This document shows, piece by piece, positions 19,901-25,562 of a stretch of 32,000 nt of DNA (position 1 is its first letter; each line of letters begins with the position of its first letter). Both the position numbers and the translations under genes were made by a program. A model generated the notes under the pieces. The model was given only the letters and a program-made list of their open reading frames with translations, did no database searches and had not been told where the DNA came from. Source of the DNA: Desulfobulbus propionicus DSM 2032 (lineage in GTDB: Bacteria; Desulfobacterota; Desulfobulbia; Desulfobulbales; Desulfobulbaceae); assembly GCF_000186885.1 (NCBI RefSeq), contig NC_014972.1, positions 2,760,001-2,792,000 on the forward strand, in the 5' to 3' direction.

Positions 19901-19938
19901 TCCAGTTCGGCGGGTTCCGGATTGGATTGATCATTCAT
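16933..19938 (-). CDS. Hybrid sensor histidine kinase / response regulator with multiple PAS and a GAF-like domain
   Basis: 1001 aa, ATG at 19938. Several PAS-like modules and a GAF-like module. H-box GGIAHDFNNILGAILGYTEMA, N-box QILVNLCTNAFHAME, G-boxes VRDTGDGI and GKGTGMGLSIVHGIV. C-terminal receiver domain (RILFVDDEEIL...DAVITDQTMPGLTG...KPL). Clearly lower GC than its neighbours. Confidence 0.9.
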   Translation of the reverse strand: MNDQSNPEPAELDSLQEFSELKERELQLRTTSENMKQLFELAPFGYQSLDEDGCLVEVNQTWLDTLGWSRKEVIGKSFAEFLHPDWRPFFAENFPLFKELGVVTSVEFDMLRQDGSVISVSCDGRIGRDPEGNFRQTHCFFRDITDHKKAESYRELSRKILQILSGLGTLPESIHRILEVLKQGTKFDAVGIRLKEGEDFPFYAQRGFSDNFLQHENSLLEYTKDGAIYRNKDGKAQLACACGLVLSGRFDSVKPYFTSGGSFWVNDSLVLLDIAPETDPRFHPRNQCVFNGYASFALIPIRVKEEIVGLIHFSNKQKGSFSRSSIALLENIASHIGEALLNKQAEAALQEERKRLTDIIDFLPDATFAIDRDGTIIIWNKAIEKMTGLSATDMLGKGDYAYTVPFYGEARPQLIDLIFEDNDDVASLYPNIVREGETLTTEVFCKALYNGKKGAWVYAKASPLHDQSGKIIGAIESIRDITDKKFTEEKLKKSVAWFKALFNATSDSVILVRPCGTILDLNENAARRRSLCADGMRGQNIFDFLPGESSEMRRKAIDQILYERRLVQYDESREDKYYRVRLFPILDNQGDVVQVASFSRDITENKKAEEEKRKLQTQLIQSQKMEAIGTLAGGIAHDFNNILGAILGYTEMAREIISLDPMASKYLDRVNEAANRASDLVKQILEFSRQVESKRVSLFPIYIVKEAIKLLRPSLPSTILIRQNLETSVWPIIADPTQVHQILVNLCTNAFHAMEKTGGVLEITLQNRELVESDVQHLSEIQPGKFVELAVRDTGDGISSEIRDKIFDPFFTTKSVGKGTGMGLSIVHGIVTSHEGFIICDSERGKGTVFRVYFPAVERMESQRPMAVELDPSGVERILFVDDEEILVELGVLMLEQQGYKVTGRTNSLDALVTFQNHPESFDAVITDQTMPGLTGSDLALKILQIRPNIPIILCTGYSNLISEEKAKLLGIKGFAMKPLVKKEIASLLRKLLDQTKANRK

Positions 19939-19992
19939 TGGAAACTCCGGTGCAAAACAAGCGAATATCTATGAACACCTTGCCATTATTAC

Positions 19993-20020
19993 ATTTTAGC
20001 CATGTCAAATATAGTGACAA
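19993..20020 (-). promoter_or_regulatory. Candidate sigma70 promoter for the histidine kinase
   Basis: The minus strand reads TTGTCA (20020-20015), a 16-nt spacer, then TAAAAT (19998-19993), ~55 nt upstream of ATG 19938. Confidence 0.35.
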
Positions 20021-20073
20021 AGCATACGACATTTGTCGAGCAATTCTTTCAGGGAAGAACCGTACCCTAAATA

Positions 20074-20835
20074 TTAATTCCCAATCAGCAACTCGGCCCG
20101 CACCTGTGACCGGCTCCCTTCCTTCTTGCTCATCGAGTACTTCAACTCCACCTCTTCAATCCAAAAGCGCTTGAAGATCTCCCGGATCTCGGGCGTGTCA
20201 TTGATGGTCATCAGGAACCGGCCCTTGATTCCGGCCAACACCTCGGCCAGATCAAGAAAGTCCTGCTCAACGAAGTTGTGGGCATAGCCATCGATCTTCC
20301 AGTACGGCGGATCCAGGAAGAACAGGGTGTATTCCCGGTCGTAGCGGGGGATCAGATCGCGGAAATCGAGACATTCGATCATCACCTGGCCCAGCCGGAT
20401 CCAGGCTTCTTCCAGTAGCCGTTGCAGGGTGAACAGGTTGAGCCTGGGGACGCCCGTCGTTGACGTGCCGAAGGTCCGCCCCCGGCTGCGGCCGCCAAAA
20501 CACATCCGCTGGAGATAGAGGTACCGGGCTGCCCGCTGGATATCGGTGAGGGTGTCGGGATTGACCTGCATCAAGCAGTTGAATTCGTCCCGTGCGACCA
20601 AGGCGTACTTGAACTGGCGGTGCAGCTCCTCGGGATGATGCTTGACCGTGCGGTAGAGGGTGATCAGATCCCGGTCCAGATCGTTGATCACCTCGGTCCC
20701 CTTGGGTTCCTTGGCAAAGAAGACATTGGCTGCTCCGGCGAATACCTCGACATAGCACTGGTGCTCCGGAAATCTCGAGATGATGGCCTTGGCCAGACGG
20801 CTCTTGCCGCCAAAATAGGGTATCAGTGCTCCCAC
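20074..20835 (-). CDS. D12-class N6-adenine DNA methyltransferase (Dam-like), no cognate nuclease visible
   Basis: Motifs IPYFGGKSRLA (motif X/I region), EVFAGAANVFF (FxGxG) and FFLDPPYW (DPPY). I prefer GTG at 20835 (AAGGAG-CCTTTC-GTG, 253 aa). ATG at 20901 and TTG at 20976 are alternatives. Stop TAA at 20074-20076. Confidence 0.8.
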   Translation of the reverse strand: MGALIPYFGGKSRLAKAIISRFPEHQCYVEVFAGAANVFFAKEPKGTEVINDLDRDLITLYRTVKHHPEELHRQFKYALVARDEFNCLMQVNPDTLTDIQRAARYLYLQRMCFGGRSRGRTFGTSTTGVPRLNLFTLQRLLEEAWIRLGQVMIECLDFRDLIPRYDREYTLFFLDPPYWKIDGYAHNFVEQDFLDLAEVLAGIKGRFLMTINDTPEIREIFKRFWIEEVELKYSMSKKEGSRSQVRAELLIGN

Positions 20836-20962
20836 GAAAGGCTCCTTGTGCAAACGCAGGCAATATGCTACTACCCCCGTGCGCTGTCCCTCAGCGTGCA
20901 TCGGGGCTATAGCAGGAGAACCTGCGGACCTCCTTCCGTGGTGAGACACGGCTGGATCGTTC

Positions 20963-20984
20963 GGGGAGAGCTGCAACTCTCCCC
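20963..20984 (-). other. Perfect 8-bp hairpin between the J-remnant and the methyltransferase gene
   Basis: GGGGAGAG-CTGCAA-CTCTCCCC. There is no U-tract, so its function (terminator, RNA-processing site or recombination site) is unknown. Confidence 0.3.
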
Positions 20985-21035
20985 AGTCCCGTCCTTCAAA
21001 CTGTTGCCAGACCTTATCAGCTCAACGCATCGGGC

Positions 21036-21116
21036 TATACTCTCGCCACCGTCAGATTCCATTTCTGCAAGCTGACCGGCCTCCGGGCCGATGTTGCCCT
21101 CGTCCTGGCGTCCCAA
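21036..21116 (-). pseudogene. Remnant of an alternative 3' end of a J-like host-specificity gene
   Basis: Encodes RQDEGNIGPEAG, with 33/36 nt identical to codons in the intact J-like gene and all 3 differences at third codon positions. This is followed by ...SDGGESIA, comparable to the J C-terminal ALDGEYIA (TATACTC(T)CGCCA(C/T)CG shared). It starts only with TTG, has no RBS, and the rest of ORF 20907..21116 has no protein-like character. Confidence 0.6.
21075..21110 (-). repeat. 36-nt direct repeat, downstream (non-genic) copy
   Basis: Minus strand CGCCAGGACGAGGGCAACATCGGCCCGGAGGCCGGT, compared with the genic copy at 22287-22322. Confidence 0.9.
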
Positions 21117-21140
21117 TGCTGGTTTGTCCCATCGGGGGTG

Positions 21141-21581
21141 CTATAGGGTGGCGGCCAGAGTAAAAAGATTGTCAATTTCTTCGTTGGTCAAACCCATTGC
21201 CCCGGCTATCGTGGTCAGCGTCGGCCAGTCTCTCTGTATTTCCTGCGCGTACTCCCACTCAATCCGCGCCCGGTCTCCAGCATCTCCCGCCATGTTGGCA
21301 ACGGCGGCCTCTGCTTGGGTCAAGAGTCCGGCCTGAAGCAGGGCCAGCCGCGCCTGGCGCATGGTCACCGATGGCGGCACCGGATCATTGACGGCGGCAG
21401 GGCATGGCGCGATTGCACCAAACTCCCCGGCCATGGCCCGCTGGTACAGATCGCGGTTGTAGTCCTGCGGAGAGTCTGGGGTGGCGTGGAATGGGATCTC
21501 GCCAAGCTCGGCGAATGTCGCCAGCAGGTCGACCCCGCCGGTAGGCGTGGCAACAGGTTTTTTTGCTGAAATAAAATTCAT
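21141..21581 (-). CDS. DUF4376-like phage protein (putative fibre-associated/assembly protein)
   Basis: 146 aa. The C-terminal half MRQARLALLQAGLL...RIEWEYAQEIQRDWPTLTTIAGAMGLTNEEIDNLFTLA matches my recollection of the DUF4376 pattern common next to phage fibre genes. RBS GAGGA. Confidence 0.5.
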   Translation of the reverse strand: MNFISAKKPVATPTGGVDLLATFAELGEIPFHATPDSPQDYNRDLYQRAMAGEFGAIAPCPAAVNDPVPPSVTMRQARLALLQAGLLTQAEAAVANMAGDAGDRARIEWEYAQEIQRDWPTLTTIAGAMGLTNEEIDNLFTLAATL

Positions 21582-21588
21582 GGGGTCC

Positions 21589-22008
21589 TCATGCTATTTT
21601 TTTGGCCGCGACGATGTTGTGCAAGCCGGAAGCAGGCGTTGATGGGCTAAGGATTTTCCATGTCCCGGAAACGGTTACTGCCGATTTGTAGGCCACCACG
21701 TTGCCGTTGTTGGTGAAACTGATATTCACCAGCCTGAGAACCGTGCCGCTAATTAGGTTGCCTGGGGTGAGTGTGGTGGTTGCCGTATCGTGCGTGACCA
21801 GGGTCACGGTCCCCACATCGTCATAGCTGGTGTTCAGCGCGGTCACGTTGCTGACGTCAGTGTTGGCCAGCGTGACCGCGCCGGTCTTTCCGGCGACAGA
21901 AGTTACCGCGTCAGGGTCCAAATGGCCGACATTGCCCTGCGCATCAAACGCCATTACCTTGGCTCCCGCCCTTGTCAGCGACGGGTTGGTTGAGATGATA
22001 TTTTTCAT
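21589..22008 (-). CDS. Short tail-fibre / receptor-binding-like protein
   Basis: 139 aa. VTSVAGKTGAVTLANTDVSNV is the fibre-type SV(N/A)GKTGAVTL motif, and the rest is Thr/Val/Asn-rich and beta-like. RBS AAGGAGGAAA directly after the J-like stop. Confidence 0.5.
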   Translation of the reverse strand: MKNIISTNPSLTRAGAKVMAFDAQGNVGHLDPDAVTSVAGKTGAVTLANTDVSNVTALNTSYDDVGTVTLVTHDTATTTLTPGNLISGTVLRLVNISFTNNGNVVAYKSAVTVSGTWKILSPSTPASGLHNIVAAKKIA

Positions 22009-22016
22009 TTTCCTCC

Positions 22017-24275
22017 TTAAAACAGGTAGACTCGATCGCCATCAAGAGCGATATACTCGCCATCGAGGGCAACGGCGTTTTGGTCGGCGTCGATGGCAAC
22101 AGTGAGGCTCCACCTCTGCTGGCTGACAAGGCTCGCGCGAATGCTCTCAAGTTCAATCCTGACCGTTTCGACATCGGTGTGGCCGAGGGCGATTAGATCA
22201 GTGGTATCGCTTGTCCCGGTGATACCGGTTTGCTCCTTGAGCATCGCCCCCGTAACGGCGTCATAAACCCGGACAGCGTAGGTGACCCCGGCTTCCGGGC
22301 CGATGTTGCCTTCGTCCTGGCGAACCAGGGTGACGGTCTGTTGCGTTCGATCCCGGTGCGCCCAGGTAATCGTTATGCCGTCCTGGATGTTGATCTTGTC
22401 AGGCCACCGCTGCCCATTGACCTGTACGTTGCCCGGCGGATAGGGCCGCATCATCCGCCCCACGCAGGTATGGGTGTCGGTGCTGGCGTCGGCCAGTTGC
22501 AACCGCCCCTCGGCGGTGGACGGCAACAGCTTGATCTCCACCTGCTCGCCGACGGCGCGGTCGGTGCGGTCCAGGCCGAAGAACGATTGGTGGCACCACA
22601 GGAGGGTGCCGGCCGCATGGGCCACGGGGATGGTGTCGAGCACGCCCCGGTTGACCGTCAGGGTGCCATTGATGGCATCCATGGCGGTGATGGCCACCAG
22701 TTCGTCGCCCAATGCCGCATAGGTGCCGACCTTGACCAGATCGGTGTCGATATCCGCATCCTGCAACTGGATCACCGAGCTGATCTCCGGCGACAGCGGC
22801 ATCGCCGTGGCGCTGACGAACGGGAAGGAGTCGGTATCCCGCTTGACGAACTCAGCGGCGCCCACGTTGCGGGTCCACATCTCATAGTTGAGGGCATCGC
22901 TGCTGGGGCGGTCGCAGCAGCAGGTGAGCATGGTGCTGTCGTCTTCCAGCTCGGCCAGCACGGCGGCGGACTCGCCGAAGAGGCGCACGAACTGCCACCA
23001 GGTGATTTCCTGGATTTTCCGCCGCACCGCATCGGCCGGCGCGGTCAGCGGGTTTGTCCACAGGCTTTCCGCCGGGGTGGTGATGGCCACCGGGCCCAGG
23101 CCGTAGACGTCGCGGGCCGCCTTGATGCGCAAGGTGCTGTCGGTGTACTCGCCGATCTCCACCTGGTTGACCCGCATGACCACGCCGGACAGGCCGATGG
23201 GCGGCCAATCGAAGACAAAACAGTCGCCGGGCTCAAGGCTCCAGTGCTTGCGGTTGACCGTAAGCGTGCAGGAGGCCAGGGGCATGGCCATCTGCTGGAG
23301 CTCGCGGGCCGCGATCTTGTGCGCCCACTCCTCGGTGGCGATGCCGGGCATTTCGACGGTGGCCTGGATGATCTGACCGCCGGCGCGGGTGATCCCGGCA
23401 ATGTCCTGGACCGTGGTGGCCTGGGCCTGATTGGCCCGGTCCACCCATTTGACCGTCACCTGGTTGACCGCCTCGGCGGCTGAGGCAACGTAGTATTCCA
23501 CCAGCTCCACCGCGCTGCGCTGGTCGATCACCGGCAACAGCGCCTTGGTGTAGTCGTTGCGGATCAGCTTGAGGGTGAGCAGGCCGGTGCGGTGGCTGAA
23601 ATAGAGCACGCCGTCGATGTGGTCGAGGATGATGTTGAGGAAGTCCTCGATACTGCTGTCTCTGGCCCACAGGAGCGACAGGCCGAACCCCTCCTGCCGT
23701 GGGTCGGTGCCGGAGGCGAGAAAGTAGGCGGCGCTCTCGAACGAGGCTGTGTCCAGATCGGCCACCGGGTAGCCCAGCCCGCCCCAGGTGGTATTGGTCA
23801 GGGCCTCGTAGATGATGTGTGCCGGGTTCATATCCACGTATCCATCAGCGGCGACAATATCGGCCAGATCATCCCGCCAGCCAACCCTGGATCGCTGCCC
23901 CAGGATGGCCCACTCCTTGATGTACGGATTGTTGGCCGCCAAAAGGCACCGGCGGGCGATCAGTCCAAACAGCCCGCGGAATGCCGGAATATCATTGCCC
24001 AGTTTCTTTTGCAGATAACTGTTCTGCGGCTGGTCCGGCAGGCCAAAGCACACGTCGACATTGCCCTTGATGCCGCCTTCGCGGCCATCGCCGCCGAACA
24101 GGTTTGGCTTGCTGACGGCGATGGTCTGGTTGGCGGTCACCGCGCCTTCCCAGGCCCATTTGTCGCCGACCTTGATCTTGATGAGCTTGTCGAGCGCATG
24201 GCAGAACACCAGGTGCAGGCCCGCATAGTAGCGGTACCCGGTGACGTAACATTCATCCCCCTTGCCGCCGCCCAT
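22017..24275 (-). CDS. Host-specificity / central tail-tip protein, lambda gpJ-like (Phage-tail_3-type)
   Basis: 752 aa from ATG at 24275 (MGGGKGDECYVTGYRYYAGLHLVFCH...). The region DMNPAHIIYEALTNTTWGGLGYP parallels the lambda J segment NNMAWCLWDMLTHPRYGMG. Size and position after the L- and I-like genes fit. The ORF-track start (TTG at 24332) adds Arg/Cys/Gly-rich junk. Confidence 0.75.
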   Translation of the reverse strand: MGGGKGDECYVTGYRYYAGLHLVFCHALDKLIKIKVGDKWAWEGAVTANQTIAVSKPNLFGGDGREGGIKGNVDVCFGLPDQPQNSYLQKKLGNDIPAFRGLFGLIARRCLLAANNPYIKEWAILGQRSRVGWRDDLADIVAADGYVDMNPAHIIYEALTNTTWGGLGYPVADLDTASFESAAYFLASGTDPRQEGFGLSLLWARDSSIEDFLNIILDHIDGVLYFSHRTGLLTLKLIRNDYTKALLPVIDQRSAVELVEYYVASAAEAVNQVTVKWVDRANQAQATTVQDIAGITRAGGQIIQATVEMPGIATEEWAHKIAARELQQMAMPLASCTLTVNRKHWSLEPGDCFVFDWPPIGLSGVVMRVNQVEIGEYTDSTLRIKAARDVYGLGPVAITTPAESLWTNPLTAPADAVRRKIQEITWWQFVRLFGESAAVLAELEDDSTMLTCCCDRPSSDALNYEMWTRNVGAAEFVKRDTDSFPFVSATAMPLSPEISSVIQLQDADIDTDLVKVGTYAALGDELVAITAMDAINGTLTVNRGVLDTIPVAHAAGTLLWCHQSFFGLDRTDRAVGEQVEIKLLPSTAEGRLQLADASTDTHTCVGRMMRPYPPGNVQVNGQRWPDKINIQDGITITWAHRDRTQQTVTLVRQDEGNIGPEAGVTYAVRVYDAVTGAMLKEQTGITGTSDTTDLIALGHTDVETVRIELESIRASLVSQQRWSLTVAIDADQNAVALDGEYIALDGDRVYLF
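22287..22322 (-). repeat. 36-nt direct repeat, genic copy inside the J-like gene
   Basis: Minus strand CGCCAGGACGAAGGCAACATCGGCCCGGAAGCCGGG, encoding RQDEGNIGPEAG. Confidence 0.9.
24252..24272 (-). repeat. 21-nt coding box, downstream copy (J-like codons 2-8, G-G-G-K-G-D-E)
   Basis: Minus strand GGCGGCGGCAAGGGGGATGAA. 16/21 nt are identical to the copy at 24516-24536, which lies 264 nt away in the same frame. Confidence 0.85.
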
Positions 24276-24520
24276 CAGACGCACCCCCCACGCTTGGCCG
24301 CCGCATCGCCTGCAATCGGCTCCCTGGTCCAACCGGTGGACGCGGCGAACTCCACCGCCGCGATGGCCATGGCGTCACCGGAGGCCAACAACAGCTCGGC
24401 ATCCACCCCATCGTTCAGCACGTCCTGCCAGGCAATGCCCCGGCTGGCAAACCACCTGCGCATGCCGCGATTGCAGTATTCCAGTGCCCGGAAATGCCAG
24501 AGGTAAACACGCTTGTTCAT
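24275..24520 (-). CDS. Hypothetical 81-aa protein wedged between the I-like and J-like genes
   Basis: ATG at 24520; TGA overlaps the J-like ATG (TGATG). Third-codon positions are strongly G/C-biased in this frame, unlike the overlapping I-like frame. MNKRVYLWHFRALEYCNRGMRRWFASRGIAWQDVLNDGVDAELLLASGDAMAIAAVEFA... No family recognised. Confidence 0.45.
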   Translation of the reverse strand: MNKRVYLWHFRALEYCNRGMRRWFASRGIAWQDVLNDGVDAELLLASGDAMAIAAVEFAASTGWTREPIAGDAAAKRGGCV

Positions 24521-24752
24521 ATTTCTTGCCGCCTCCACAGGATTCGATCGGCGTGGTCTTGATGTCGCCGTACCACACGCAGTTGGTCTTGCTGATCAGT
24601 CGGGTGCCGAACAGCACCGGCACCGGACTGGAAGAGTCCACGGTGGTCGTTTCCACGTCGCCAGGCGTCGGGGTCACCTGTGTGTACGGCTTGGGCCGCA
24701 ACAGATAGGAGGCAACCACCAGGACCGCGAGCACCACATATTGCCAAGCCAT
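24375..24752 (-). CDS. Small membrane protein resembling the C-terminal module of lambda tail-assembly protein gpI
   Basis: ATG at 24752 is preceded by GGGAGG. A TM helix is followed by LLRPKP...PVPVLFGTRLISKTNCVWYGDI, comparable to lambda I ...MLAPKA...LPVLYGEMRVGSRVVSQEI. Only the first ~77 codons look coding. The last 48 codons overlap the 81-aa ORF out of frame, with poor GC3 and Cys/His/Arg/Gly-rich sequence. Confidence 0.45.
   Translation of the reverse strand: MAWQYVVLAVLVVASYLLRPKPYTQVTPTPGDVETTTVDSSSPVPVLFGTRLISKTNCVWYGDIKTTPIESCGGGKKYEQACLPLAFPGTGILQSRHAQVVCQPGHCLAGRAERWGGCRAVVGLR
24516..24536 (-). repeat. 21-nt coding box, upstream copy (I-like codons 73-79, G-G-G-K-K-Y-E)
   Basis: Minus strand GGAGGCGGCAAGAAATATGAA. 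It contains the ATG of the 81-aa ORF. Confidence 0.85.
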
Positions 24753-24761
24753 GCCGCCTCC

Positions 24762-25562
24762 CTACACCAATGCGTCGCCGCTGAACGGGTTCTTGGTGGG
24801 CAGATAGGGCAGCCCGCCATAGTTGACGATGTTGTTGAATTTGCCCCCGCAGTCATTCATGTCGTGGCGGCAGCCCGGCCACAGGGTCACCTCTGTCCCG
24901 GCCACCAGGCCGCCGATGGCATCGACCATGGTGATCGTCGCCCCCTCGTGGCCGTTGATCATCCGCAGTTCGGTCCCGGCCTGCAGCATGCCGCCGAGAA
25001 AATACCCCGAGGCGAACGAGGTCAGCCCGTCGACGGTGAGCCTGCCGTCAATCACCTCCATCACGGTGCCGACCACCTTGCGGGCGTCGGCATTGATCCC
25101 GCACGCGGCCGAGTAGAGCACATGCGGACACCCCACCTGGTACACCCGCCGCAATCCGGCCCGCTTGAACAGGGTGAAGGCCGAGTCGCTGGAAAGGGTG
25201 GCCACGGACCCGGCCCACTTGCAGCCGGTGATCCGGCCCTTCCAGAACAGCTGTTTCTCGCTGTCGCCGTGGTGCAGCCGGAAAATGGTCACGATCACCG
25301 TGCCGGCCAGCCAGCCGTCACGGAACAACAGGGCCACATCGTTGGCCGCGTTGATTTCGATGTCCATGGTGCTCCGCCGGGCATCGCCGCCCTTGGAGAA
25401 CCCGCCGCGCTTGATGTAGACGGGCTGGTATTTCTCCTCAGCCAAACTCCCCACCTCATGGTCCGCGCTGGTGAACAGCCATTGCTGGGCGCCCACCGAG
25501 AAGCGGTACAACTCCAGCGGCTGGCCGGAAGAGTCGGATTCTTCATAGGTCGCGTAGCTCAT
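24762..25562 (-). CDS. Phage BR0599-family protein (DUF2163 plus BR0599 C-terminal domain), positional equivalent of lambda gpL / GTA g13
   Basis: 266 aa from ATG at 25562 (ATGA overlap with the upstream stop). MSYATYEESDSSGQPLELYRF...; the C-terminus ...WPGCRHDMNDCGGKFNNIVNYGGLPYLPTKNPF is the BR0599 signature as I recall it. Four Cys residues in the C-terminal half. Confidence 0.7.
   Translation of the reverse strand: MSYATYEESDSSGQPLELYRFSVGAQQWLFTSADHEVGSLAEEKYQPVYIKRGGFSKGGDARRSTMDIEINAANDVALLFRDGWLAGTVIVTIFRLHHGDSEKQLFWKGRITGCKWAGSVATLSSDSAFTLFKRAGLRRVYQVGCPHVLYSAACGINADARKVVGTVMEVIDGRLTVDGLTSFASGYFLGGMLQAGTELRMINGHEGATITMVDAIGGLVAGTEVTLWPGCRHDMNDCGGKFNNIVNYGGLPYLPTKNPFSGDALV

Noticed and set aside
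20907-21116. 69-aa ORF as a real gene
   Set aside because: It starts with TTG and has no RBS. Only its first ~25 codons resemble anything (the J-like C-terminus). It is better explained as a gene remnant.
21075-22322. Diversity-generating retroelement (template/variable repeat) as the explanation for the 36-nt repeat
   Set aside because: No reverse transcriptase in the window. The repeat is far shorter than typical TR/VR pairs. The three mismatches (A/G, A/G, G/T) are synonymous third positions rather than adenine-specific substitutions concentrated in a ligand-binding fold.
24275-24752. TGA (24377-24375) read-through producing one I-J fusion protein
   Set aside because: The 88 codons between the two boxes in that frame have poor GC3 and junk composition, while the +1 frame carries a well-formed ORF. 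Read-through would insert nonsense sequence.
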